Origin: an uncultured Candidatus Rokubacteria bacterium
GTDB lineage: Bacteria > Methylomirabilota > Methylomirabilia > Rokubacteriales > CSP1-6
Length of the DNA: 64,000 nucleotides
Direction of reading: 5' to 3'
Assembly (NCBI GenBank): GCA_963762145.1
Contig: CAVXJS010000013.1
Location: 82,772 to 146,771 of the forward strand
Both the position numbers and the translations under genes were made by a program. Position 1 is the first letter of the stretch, and the number at the start of each line of letters is the position of its first letter. Positions 28,690-38,324 of the stretch are shown here, piece after piece. The notes beneath the pieces were generated by a model, which worked only from the letters and a program-made list of their open reading frames with translations, did no database searches and was not told the DNA's origin.

Positions 28690-29863
28690 ATGAACTTCGC
28701 GGATCGGATGTCGCGGCTCGGCACGGAATCGGCGTTCGAGGTCCTGGCGCGCGCGAAGGCCCTCGAGCGGCAGGGCAAGGAGATCATCCACCTCGAGATC
28801 GGGGAGCCGGACTTCGACACGCCGGCCCACATCCGCGAGGCGGCCAAGCGCGCGCTCGACGGCGGCGCGACGCACTACGGGCCGGCCGCGGGCCTGCCCG
28901 AGCTGCGGGAGGCCATCGTCAAGGACGTGGAGGGCACGCGCAGCATCCCGGTCTCCACCGACGAGGTCGTGGTGACGCCGGGCGCCAAGCCCATCATGTA
29001 CTTCGTGATCACCGCCCTGGTGAACCCGGGCGACGAGGTGGTTTATCCGAATCCGGGCTTCCCGATCTACGAGTCGGTCATCAACTTCGTCGGCGGCAAG
29101 CCGGTGCCGATCCCGCTGCGCGAGGAGAGCGGCTTCGGCTTCGACCTCGACGTGCTGGAGAAGAGCGTCTCGCGCAAGACCAAGCTGATCATCATCAACT
29201 CGCCCCAGAACCCGACGGGTGGCGTGCTCGAGGTGGAGCAGCTCGGGCGCATCGCCGAGATCGCCAAGACCTACCGCATCCCGGTGCTCTCCGACGAGAT
29301 CTACAAGTCCTTCCTCTACGAGGGCGAGTTCGCCTCGATCACGCGCTTCCCGGGGATGAAGGACCTGGTCATCATCCTCGACGGCTTCTCGAAGTCGTAC
29401 GCGATGACCGGCTGGCGCCTGGGCTACGGCGTGATGCCGATGGCGCTGGCCGAGCACGTGACGCGCCTGATGGTGAACTCCAACTCGTGCACCGCCTCGT
29501 TCACCCAGATGGCGGGCATCGCCGCGCTGCAGGGCGACCAGACCCCGGTGATCGAGATGGTGGCCGAGTTCAAGCGGCGGCGCGACGTGCTGGTGGCCGG
29601 GCTGAACCGGCTGCCCGGGGTGTCCTGCCGCTCGCCGCGCGGCGCCTTCTACGTGTTCCCGAACATCAAGGCGCTCAAGCGGCCCTCGACCGAGGTGGCG
29701 GAGATGCTGCTGCAGGAGGCGGGCGTGGCGGTGCTGGGCGGCTCCGCCTTCGGCGAGTACGGGGAAGGGCTACCTGCGGCTCTCCTACGCGAACTCCGAG
29801 GCCAACCTGCGCAAGGCGCTCGAGCGGATGCGGCCGGTGCTGGCGCGGCTCGCCGGCGCGTAG
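28690..29863 (+). CDS. PLP-dependent aminotransferase class I/II (AspC-like; frameshift near 29765)
   Basis: IGEPDF, INSPQNPTG, SDEIY, FSKSYAMTGWRLG and GAFYVFP motifs. Confidence 0.93.
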
Positions 29864-29877
29864 CCGCATTCGCTCGC

Positions 29878-31522
29878 GTGCCCACCGTCGCCGAGCTGAT
29901 CGTCGAGGGGCTGCTCCGGGCCGAGGTCCCGCGCCTCTTCGGCGTGCCGGGCGGTGGATCCAATCTGGAAGTCCTCGAGGCCGCGCGCGCCCGCGGCCTG
30001 CCCTTCGTCCTGTGCCACCAGGAGTGGGCCGCCACCATCATGGCCGCGGTGACCGGCGAGCTCACCGGCCGGCCGGGCGCCGTCCTCTCCACGCTCGGTC
30101 CCGGCGTCACCGCGAGCGCCACCGGCCTGGCCCACGCCCAGCTCGACCGCTCGCCGCTGCTCTACATTAGCGATCGCCACCCGGCGGGCGTGCTCGCTTA
30201 CGCCACGCATCAGTATCTCGATCACGCCGCGCACCTGGGGCCCATCGTGAAGGGCAGCGTGACGGTGACGCCGGACTCGGCGGGCCACTGGGTGGCCCAC
30301 GCGGTACAGCTCGCGCTCGCGGAGCCGCGCGGGCCCGTGCACCTGGACCTGCCCGCGGACGTGGCCGGCGCGGCGGCGGTGCCGGTGGCCACCGCGATGA
30401 CGCCGCCGCCGCCGCTCGCCGCCCGACGATGCCCTCGTCGAGCGCGCCGCCGAGATGATCCGGGTCGCGAAGCGGCCGCTCGTCATCGCGGGGCTGGGCT
30501 GCCGCGCCCCCGACGCCAAGTGGCTGCGCGCGTTCTGCGAGGCGCTGCCCGCGCCGGTGCTGACGACCTACAAGGCCAAGGGCGCGATCCCCGACCCGCA
30601 TCCGCTGGCGATGGGGATCTTCACGGGCGGCGCGCTGGAGGAGCCGCTGGTGCGGCGGGCGGACCTCATCATCACCTTCGGGCTCGACACGGTGGAGCTG
30701 ATCCCGCGCCGCTGGTCCTACACCGCGCCGGTGCTGAGCCTGGCGCGCGGGCCCTCGAGCGAGCCGCGGCGGAGCGCGCCGGGCGGCGGCGCCTACTTCA
30801 CGCCCGCGCTCGAGGTGGTCGGCGACCTGGGCACGATCCTCGAGGACCTGGCCCCGCGCATCATGCGCCGGGACGTCAAGGCGGACTGGGACGTGGCCGA
30901 GGTGGACCGCATCCGCCGCGAGCGCGCGAGCGCCCTGGAGATCCCGGTGCCCGGGCTGGCCCCGCACCGGGTGGCCCAGATCGCGCGCGAGCTGACCGCG
31001 GCGGGCAGCATCGCCACGGTGGACGCGGGCGCGCACATGTTCCCGACCACGACCTACTGGCACTCGCTCGAGCCCGGAGAGCTCCTGATCTCGAACGGCC
31101 TCGCCACCATGGGCTTCGCGCTGCCCGCGGCCATCGCGGCGCAGCTCGTCCATCCCGACCGTCGTGTCGTCTGCTTCACGGGCGACGGCGGCCTGATGAT
31201 GGTGGCCTCCGAGCTCGAGACGGTGGCGCGCCTGGGCCTGCCGATCGTGATCGTGGTCTTCAACGACGCAGCCCTCTCGCTGATCGAGGTGAAACAGGAG
31301 CAGAAGGGCTTCGAGGGCGTCCCGATGCGCTACGCCGGGCCCGACCTCGTGACGCTCGGGCGCGCCTTCGGCATTCGCGCGCTGGCCGCCACGAGCGAGG
31401 CGACGCTGCACGGGGCCCTGATCGCCGCGCAGACCGCGCCCGGCCCCACGCTGATCGACGCGCGCATCGATCCTTCCGGGTATCGCAGGATGCTGGAAAT
31501 CGTCCGCGGCGCCCCGAAGTAA
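29878..31522 (+). CDS. Thiamine pyrophosphate-binding protein (acetolactate synthase-like; frameshift near 30425)
   Basis: FGVPGGG, HQE, TLGPG, GPVHLDLP, TMGFALP and GDGG..VFND motifs. Confidence 0.9.
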
Positions 31523-31612
31523 CCCAGCCCTGTCGCGCAATAGGCACACGTCGCGCCTCCCAGACCCCGCCGACGCTGGTAGACTCGCGGCCAGACTCCG
31601 AGGAGGGACCCG

Positions 31613-32617
31613 ATGGCCTCTATCCGATCGCCCGAGATGCCGCGACGCGTTTTCATGGGGCTCATCGCTGGCAGCCTCCTCGCCGCGCCGCTCGCCGCCG
31701 AGGCGCAGCCGGCGGGGAAGGTGTACCGAGTCTGCTTCCTCGCCCTCACTCCCGGGGAGGACACCACGTCGATGCAGCTGCTGCTGGAGCGGCTCCACGA
31801 GCTGGGCTACGGCGAGGGCAAGAACATGGCTTTCGAGTACCGATCTGCTGAAGGACATCCGGAACGCCTGTCACAGATGGCGAGAGAGCTGGTTCGAGGC
31901 AGGCCGGACGTGTTGATAGCTGGATTCGGGACACTCACGGCACAGGCGGCGAAGGCCGCCACCATGACCATCCCGATTGTGTTCACGACCGTCGGCGATC
32001 CGGTAGGTGCCGGGCTGGTCTCCAGCCTCGGCCGGCCCGGGGGAAACGTCACGGGTTTGAGCGGCGTGACAGAGATTTTGGGCAAGCACCTACAGCTCTT
32101 GAAGGAGCTCAGTCCAGGAAACCAAGTGATCGCGGTGCTGATGAACCCGGAGACGCCCTTCACGCGGCTGGCGCTCAAGGAGATCAAGACAGCCGCGGAA
32201 GCCGACCGTACCCGTCTTGAGGTCCTCGAAGCGAGAACCGCCGATCAGGTGCCACGCGTTTTGCAGGCGGCGGGCCCGGCCGGCGTAGGTGGCCTGCTCG
32301 TACTCGGGGATCCGTTGACGTACAGCCTCCGCCGGGAGATAGCCGACCTCTCGGCGAAGCTCCGGCTTCCTGCAGTGTATCCGTCCAGGGAATGGGCTGA
32401 GGCGGGCGGGTTGTTGTCTTACGGTGCGGATCGACGTCAGGTGTACCGTCGAGCGGCCGAGTACGTGGACAAGATCCTCAAGGGTGCTAGGCCCGGTGAC
32501 CTGCCCGTCGAACAGCCGACCAAGTTCGAGCTGGTCCTCAACCTCAAGACCGCCAACGCGCTCGGCCTGAAGATCCCGCCGTCGCTCCTGCAGCGGGCGG
32601 ACCAGGTGATCGAGTAG
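31613..32617 (+). CDS. Orphan ABC substrate-binding protein (ABC_sub_bind family)
   Basis: Tat-like RR signal, DPVGAGLVSSLGRPGGNVTG and DLPVEQPTKFELVLNLKTA motifs. Confidence 0.9.
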   Translation: MASIRSPEMPRRVFMGLIAGSLLAAPLAAEAQPAGKVYRVCFLALTPGEDTTSMQLLLERLHELGYGEGKNMAFEYRSAEGHPERLSQMARELVRGRPDVLIAGFGTLTAQAAKAATMTIPIVFTTVGDPVGAGLVSSLGRPGGNVTGLSGVTEILGKHLQLLKELSPGNQVIAVLMNPETPFTRLALKEIKTAAEADRTRLEVLEARTADQVPRVLQAAGPAGVGGLLVLGDPLTYSLRREIADLSAKLRLPAVYPSREWAEAGGLLSYGADRRQVYRRAAEYVDKILKGARPGDLPVEQPTKFELVLNLKTANALGLKIPPSLLQRADQVIE

Positions 32618-32666
32618 CGACGGACGAAACCCCGCCTCGGGGACCGGATCCGGTATACTCCGAGCC

Positions 32667-33322
32667 ATGGGCTTTCTCTCCGCGAAGGACGAGGCGGCGG
32701 TCCGGAAGGAGTTCGAGCGCATCGGCGGGCCGGTGAAGCTCACCGTGTTCGCCTCCGAGCTGGGCGGCGAGCACAACGGCCAGACCGTGGCTCTCATCCA
32801 GGAGGTGGCGGCGCTCTCCGACCAGCTCTCGGTGGTCGTGCTGAATCCGCACATCGAGCGGGACCAGGCCGCGGCCTACGGGATCAGCGAGTCGCCGGCC
32901 GTCGTGGTCGAAGGCGCCCAGGACTACGGCATCCGCTTTCTCGGCCTGCCGGGCGGCTACGAGTTCTCCAATCTCATCGACTCGATCATCGCGGTGTCCA
33001 CCGGGGAGGCGGGCCTGAGCGAGGAGACGAAGACGGCCCTGGCCGGGCTCACCGAGGACGTGACATCAAGGTCTTCGCGACCCCGACCTGACCCCACTGT
33101 CCCCGGGCCGTGCGCCTGGCGCAGCACATGGCGATCGCGTCCTCGAGGATGAGGGCGGAGTGCATCGAGGCGAACGAGTTCCCGGAGCTGTCGCAGCGCT
33201 ATCAGGTGATGGCCGTGCCCAAGATCGTCATCAACGACAAGGTCGGCTTCGAGGGTGCCATTCCGGAGCGTGACTTCCTGGGCGCGGTGCTCCAGGCGGT
33301 CGCGCCCGAGGCGGAGGCCTGA
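32667..33322 (+). CDS. Two-domain thioredoxin/protein-disulfide oxidoreductase (AhpF-NTD-like), candidate selenoprotein
   Basis: GIRFLGLPGGYEFS, then after a 1-nt frameshift (about 33060) IKVFATPT-TGA-PHCP and EANEFPEL..VMAVPKIVIN. Confidence 0.85.
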
Positions 33323-33327
33323 GCGCG

Positions 33328-33417
33328 ATGGAATCCGTGCTGATCGTCATCGGGGTCCTGATCGGCTGGTTCGCGCTCAACCGCTGGGTCCTGCCTCGCT
33401 TCGGCATCCAGAGCTGA
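33328..33417 (+). CDS. 29-aa single-TM peptide (MESVLIVIGVLIGWFALNRWVLPRFGIQS)
   Basis: ATG 5 nt after the upstream stop; GC3-biased codons; hydrophobic helix; not in the ORF track. Confidence 0.55.
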   Translation: MESVLIVIGVLIGWFALNRWVLPRFGIQS

Positions 33418-33438
33418 GCCGCGCCCCCCGGTCCTCCC

Positions 33439-33860
33439 GTGAGGAGGCCGAGCAGCGCGATCGCGACGCATAGCGCGGAGCTGCTGTTCATGTACGGCAC
33501 GCTGATGCGGGGCTTCCGCCTGCACCGGCTGCTCTCGGGCCGCGCCGAGTTCCTCGCGCGCGGGCAGGTGCGGGCTCGGCTCATCGACCTCGGCTCGTAT
33601 CCGGGCGCGGTGCCCGATCCCGCGGCCACATCGCCGGCGAGGTCTACGGGGTCGTGGATCCGGCGCTGTGGGCGGTGCTGGACTCGGCGGAAGGACCCCA
33701 GTATCATCGCCGGGTGGTCGGCGTCCAGAGCGAGGACGGCGCCGAGCGGGCCGCCTCCATCTACTGGTACGTCGGGCCCCTCATCGCGGCGTGCCCATTC
33801 CGGGCGGCGATTACCGGGCGCACGCGCCCGCGCCGTCCATCTACCACCCAGAGCCCGTAG
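33439..33860 (+). CDS. Gamma-glutamylcyclotransferase (AIG2-like), frameshifted
   Basis: LFMYGTLMRG, DLG-YPG, GEVY and LD..EG..Y motifs across frames. Confidence 0.8.
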
Positions 33861-33870
33861 GAGGCGCACC

Positions 33871-35224
33871 ATGCCGCTCGAGCCCGCAGCTGATCAAGGA
33901 CGACCAGGACCATCTGATCCACCCGCTGCATCACCCGAGCGATCACCTGGAGCCGATGGTCTACGTGCGCGGCCGCGGCGCGATGATGACCGACATGCAG
34001 GGCCGCGAGTACATCGACGGCCTCGCCGGGCTCTGGAACGTGAACGTGGGCCACGGCCGGACCGAGCTGGCGGAGGCGGCGGCGGAGCAGATCAGCGAGC
34101 TGGCCTACTTCTCCGCGTACACGGGCTCGACCAACATCCCGGCCATCCAGCTCGCCTCCAAGCTGATCACGATCGCGTATCCGAACATGCAGGGGGTGTT
34201 CTTCACCTCGGGCGGCGCCGAGTCGAACGAGTCCGCGTTCAAGACCGCGCGCTTCTACTGGAAGACCAAGGGCAAGCCCGACAAGGTCAAGATCATCGCG
34301 CGCTCGTTTTCCTACCACGGCGTGACGCTGCAGGCGATGAGCGCCACCGGCATGTCGCCCTACTGGAAGATGTTCGAGCCGCGCGTGCCGGGTTTCGTGC
34401 ACATCCCGACCTGTTATCCGTATCGCCAGGAGGGCGCCAAGCCGGGCGAGACCGCGGGGCAGACCGCCGCGCGGCTGCTCGAGGAGGCCATCCTGCGCGA
34501 GGGGCCGGACACGGTGGCCGCCTTCATCGCCGAGCCCATCCACGGCGGCGGCGGCGTGCTCTATCCCACCGACGACTACTTCCCGCTGGTGCGCCAGGTC
34601 TGCGACCGGCACAAGGTGCTCTTCATCGCCGACGAGGTCATCACCGGCTTCTGCCGCACCGGCAAGTGGTTCGCGCTCGAGCACTGGAACGTGCTGCCCG
34701 ACATCATGTCGTTCGCCAAGGGCGTGTCCTCGGGCTATCTCCCGCTGGGCGGCATCATGGTCTCGAAGGCCATCAAGCAGGCCATGGACGAGGTGAAGCC
34801 GGAAGACCGCTGGATGCACGCCTACACCTACTCGGGGCACCCCACCTGCTGCGCGGTGGGGCTCAAGAACATCGAGATCATGGAGCGCGAGCGGCTGTGG
34901 GAGCGCGCCGCGGCCATGGGCAAGCGCCTGCACAAGGGGCTGCACGCGGCCTTCGGCGACCACAAGCACGTGGGCGACATCCGGGGCGGCAAGGGGCTGC
35001 TGGCCGCGATCGAGCTGGTGGAGGACAGGGGGACCAAGGCGTCGTTCGGCGCGGACAAGAAGGTCGGTCCGCGCGTGCTGGCCGAGATGACCAAGCGCGG
35101 CGTCATGACGCGCGCCCGGGTCGAGCACATCTTCTTCTCCCCGCCGCTGGTGATCAGCGAGGACGAGGTGGACCGGCTCGTCTCGGTCACCCGCGACGCG
35201 ATCAAGGCCGTCACCGGTATCTGA
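33871..35224 (+). CDS. PLP-dependent aminotransferase class III (frameshift near the start)
   Basis: YIDGLAGLWNVNVGHGR, GGAESNE, FIAEPI, ADEVITGF.RTG and AKG motifs; AGGAGG RBS. Confidence 0.93.
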
Positions 35225-35258
35225 AGCCTGAAACCCGAAGGGCTGTCCCTCCTCATCC

Positions 35259-35293
35259 CCCTCTCCCCTCTGGGGAGAGGGCAGGGTGAGGGG
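35259..35293 (+). repeat. REP-like palindromic repeat, single unit, between convergent genes
   Basis: CCCTCTCCCC-tct-GGGGAGAGGGCAGGGTGAGGGG. Confidence 0.85.
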
Positions 35294-35300
35294 CGAGGGT

Positions 35301-35837
35301 TTACCTCCCCGGCACCACCCACAGATACAAGGTGTGGCTCCCCTCATTGCTCGACACCTGCAGCGTGCGCGTCGGCGCCCAGTCCCCCATGTCGAAGCTG
35401 TGCGACACGATCCGGGCACCGGGCCGGAGCTCCTCCAGCAGCTTCGGCCGTAGCCGGCGATTGAGGTCGGGGGACAGGTAGAGGGTCACGACGGTGGCCG
35501 GTCTGAGATCGGCCTCGACGAGATCCTGCTGGCGGAAGGTCAGCTTGTCGGCCAGCCCCAGCCGCTGTGCGCGCTCCGTGCTCTGGGCGACCAGCGCGGG
35601 ATCGATCTCGAGACCGACTCCCCGCGCCCCTCGATCCCGGGCTGCCGCGATCAGGATCCGGCCGTCGCCCGACCCCAGGTCATAGACCACGTCGCTTGAA
35701 GTTACCTCGGCCAGCCTCAGCATCTCGTTGACAACCACGAGCGGCGTCCGGACGTCGGGCACCTCCTGTCCGGGCACCCGCACGCAGGCGGTCAGGGCCA
35801 CGCCGAGAACCGCCGTCAGCCGGGTCGATCGCGCCAC
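35301..35837 (-). CDS. Class I SAM-dependent methyltransferase (lipoprotein-like signal)
   Basis: VYDLGSGDGRI, ATVVTLYL and PGARIVSHSF motifs. Confidence 0.88.
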   Translation of the reverse strand: MARSTRLTAVLGVALTACVRVPGQEVPDVRTPLVVVNEMLRLAEVTSSDVVYDLGSGDGRILIAAARDRGARGVGLEIDPALVAQSTERAQRLGLADKLTFRQQDLVEADLRPATVVTLYLSPDLNRRLRPKLLEELRPGARIVSHSFDMGDWAPTRTLQVSSNEGSHTLYLWVVPGR

Positions 35838-35863
35838 GGGGGGATTCTATCGTACTTGCATTG

Positions 35864-35885
35864 ACACTCGTCGTGTGTTTAGTAT
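35864..35885 (+). promoter_or_regulatory. Putative repressor (LexA-like) box overlapping the promoter of the radical SAM gene
   Basis: ACACTCGTCGTGTGTTTAGTAT; 18/22 identical to 42468-42489; overlaps TTGACA and TAGTAT. Confidence 0.55.
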
Positions 35886-35892
35886 TCCTGCC

Positions 35893-37107
35893 ATGGACCG
35901 GAGGCAGCGGCTGGCGATCCTGGCGGAGGCGGCCTCGGACGACAAGGAGACGGGGCTGCCCGGTCGTCCGCGCCTGAACGAGGGGCCGGTCGGGATTCGC
36001 CCGGTACGGCTTCCGGGCGGCGGCTCCACGACGCTGATGCGGGTGATGCAGACCAACGCCTGCTCGCTCTCCTGCGGGTACTGCCCGACCTTCTGCGGCG
36101 GGCGCGTGAAGCGAACCGCGCTGTCGCCGGAGGAGGTCGCGCGCACGTTCATGGAATCGCATCGCGCGGGGGTCGCGCAGGGCCTCTTCCTGACCTCGGG
36201 CGTGCCGGGCCGTGCGCCGCGCGCGGTGGACCGCATGCTGGCCGCGATCGAGATCCTGAGGAAGCGCGAAGGGTTCGCCGGCTACGTCCACATCAAGCTC
36301 CTGCCGGGCGCCGAGCAGGAGCAGGTGGTGCAGGCCACCCGGCTGGCCACGCGCGTCTCGGTGAACCTGGAAGGGCCGAACGACGCGGTCGTCCGCGGGC
36401 TGGCGCGCGAGAAGGACTACTCGGGCGACCTCCTGCCGAACCTGATGCTGGCCGGCCGCCTCTCGCGCGAAGCGCGCCTCGAAGGCCGCGCGGGCATCGC
36501 GGCCGCGGGGACCACGACGCAGTTCGTGGTGGGCGCCCAGGGCGAGCAGGACCGCGAGATCCTGAGCGTGGTGGGCGGTCTCGAGCGGCGGGGCCTCCTC
36601 CACCACGCCCACTTCAGCGCCTTCCAGCCGGTGGCCGGCACGCCGATGGAAGGGCTCCCGCCCACGCCGGCCGCGCGCGAATGGCGGCTCTACCAGGCCG
36701 AGCACCTGCTCCGACAGTACGGCTTCCGGACGGAGGAGCTGGTGTTCGGCGGTGATGGCAACCTCACCCTGGACCACGATCCGAAGACCGCGTGGGCGAT
36801 GGCGCACGTCGAGCGCTTCCCGGTGGCGCTGGAGCGCGCGCCCTACGAGCTGCTGCTGCGCGTGCCCGGCATCGGGCCCATCGCGGCGCGCCGGCTCGTC
36901 ACCGAGCGCCGGCGCACCCTGCCGCGCGATGCGCAAGATCTCCGCCGCCTCGGCGTGGACGCGGAGCGCGCGGGCTTCTTCCTCACCCTGCGGGGTCGTC
37001 GGGTGCGGGCCGCCCAGCCTGCCGAGCAGCTCCGCCTCTTCCCCCACGGCGAGCACCTCACGCAGGGACCCTTCAAGACCGCCGTGCCGCCCTGCGCCTA
37101 TCGCTAA
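35893..37107 (+). CDS. Putative DNA modification/repair radical SAM protein with HhH (TIGR03916-like)
   Basis: TNACSLSCGYC, GLFLTSG, GYVHIK, RVSVNLE, TTQFVVGA, RLYQA and LLRVPGIG motifs. Confidence 0.9.
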   Translation: MDRRQRLAILAEAASDDKETGLPGRPRLNEGPVGIRPVRLPGGGSTTLMRVMQTNACSLSCGYCPTFCGGRVKRTALSPEEVARTFMESHRAGVAQGLFLTSGVPGRAPRAVDRMLAAIEILRKREGFAGYVHIKLLPGAEQEQVVQATRLATRVSVNLEGPNDAVVRGLAREKDYSGDLLPNLMLAGRLSREARLEGRAGIAAAGTTTQFVVGAQGEQDREILSVVGGLERRGLLHHAHFSAFQPVAGTPMEGLPPTPAAREWRLYQAEHLLRQYGFRTEELVFGGDGNLTLDHDPKTAWAMAHVERFPVALERAPYELLLRVPGIGPIAARRLVTERRRTLPRDAQDLRRLGVDAERAGFFLTLRGRRVRAAQPAEQLRLFPHGEHLTQGPFKTAVPPCAYR

Positions 37108-37134
37108 TACCAGTCGGGCGTACAATAGCGACCC

Positions 37135-37545
37135 ATGACCTCCAAGCTCGAGGAAGCCCAGGCGCCCGCGGCCCGGGCGCGGGCCGTCCTGATCTACGAC
37201 GGGACCTGCGGCCTCTGCCGCGGCGGGGTGGCGTGGCTGTCGCGGCGGGCGGTGGCGGGGCACTTCGAGTTCCTGCCCTGCCAGGCGGCCGAGCGGCGGG
37301 CCCGTTACCCGTGGATGGGCGAGAGCACGTGCCTGCAGGCCATGCAGCTCATCCTGCCGGACGGCCGTGTGCTCGCGGGTGACGCGGCGATCCCGGAGAT
37401 CCTGCGGCGGCTCCGCGGCTGGCGGTGGCTGGCCCAGGCCTTCCGCCTCCCCGGCGTGGAGCTGCTCGCGCCGACCGTCTACGCGTGGGTGGCGCGCCAC
37501 CGCTACCAGATCTCCTGCATGCTGGGTCGCGCCCCCCGTGGGTGA
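37135..37545 (+). CDS. DCC-family thiol-disulfide oxidoreductase (DUF393)
   Basis: YDGTCGLC and Y.WVARHRY motifs. Confidence 0.85.
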   Translation: MTSKLEEAQAPAARARAVLIYDGTCGLCRGGVAWLSRRAVAGHFEFLPCQAAERRARYPWMGESTCLQAMQLILPDGRVLAGDAAIPEILRRLRGWRWLAQAFRLPGVELLAPTVYAWVARHRYQISCMLGRAPRG

Positions 37546-38320
37546 CCCCCGCGGGCGCGTCGCGCTCGTCACGGGGGCATCATCGGGGATCGGGGCGGCG
37601 ACCGCGCGCGCCTTCGCGGGCGCCGGGCTCCGTGTCGCGCTCTGCGCGCGGCGGAAGGACCGCCTGGAGCAGCTCGCGGCCGAGCTGACCGCGCGGGGGG
37701 GCGAGGTCACCGCGCACGCGGTGGACGTGACCGATGCCCTCGCGGTGCGCGGGATGGTGGACCAGGTCGCCGCGCGCTGGGGACGGCTCGACGTGCTCGT
37801 CAACGGCGCGGGGCGGGGCTTCGTGGCCACGCTCGAGCAGACCACCGCCGAGGAGCTACGCGAGCTGATGGAGCTGAACGTGGTGGCGGTGCTCGGCGCC
37901 ACGCAGGCCGCGCTGCCCCTCATGCGGCGGCAGGGAAGCGGCCACATCATCAACGTCTCGTCCGTCGTCGGGCGCCGCGCGGTGCCCTATCGCGCGGCCT
38001 ACAGCGCGACCAAGTTCGCGCTCGGCGCGCTCAGCGAGGCGCTCCGCGTGGAGCTGACCGGGACGGGGATCGCGGTGACGCTCGTGTACCCGATCCGCAC
38101 CAGCGAGACCGAGTTCCACGAGGTCGAGGTCCAGAAGATGCCGTGGCGCCCCATGGGCCCGGTGCAGACGGCCGAGCGGGTGGCGCGGTCGATCCTCCGC
38201 TGCGTCCGCCGCCCGCGCCCGGAAGTCTATCCCTACTGGCCGATCCGCATCCTGGCCGCGATGAGCGTCATCGCGCCGGGACTGGTGGACCTGGGCATGC
38301 GGCGGGTGCTGCAGCGCTAG
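37538..38320 (+). CDS. Short-chain dehydrogenase/reductase
   Basis: TGASSGIG, NGAG and YSATK motifs. Confidence 0.92.
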   Translation: MGDPRGRVALVTGASSGIGAATARAFAGAGLRVALCARRKDRLEQLAAELTARGGEVTAHAVDVTDALAVRGMVDQVAARWGRLDVLVNGAGRGFVATLEQTTAEELRELMELNVVAVLGATQAALPLMRRQGSGHIINVSSVVGRRAVPYRAAYSATKFALGALSEALRVELTGTGIAVTLVYPIRTSETEFHEVEVQKMPWRPMGPVQTAERVARSILRCVRRPRPEVYPYWPIRILAAMSVIAPGLVDLGMRRVLQR

Positions 38321-38324
38321 ACGC

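Noticed and set aside
28246-31851. 1201-aa aminotransferase-TPP enzyme fusion
   Set aside because: A frameshift near 29765 bypasses the real TAG at 29861
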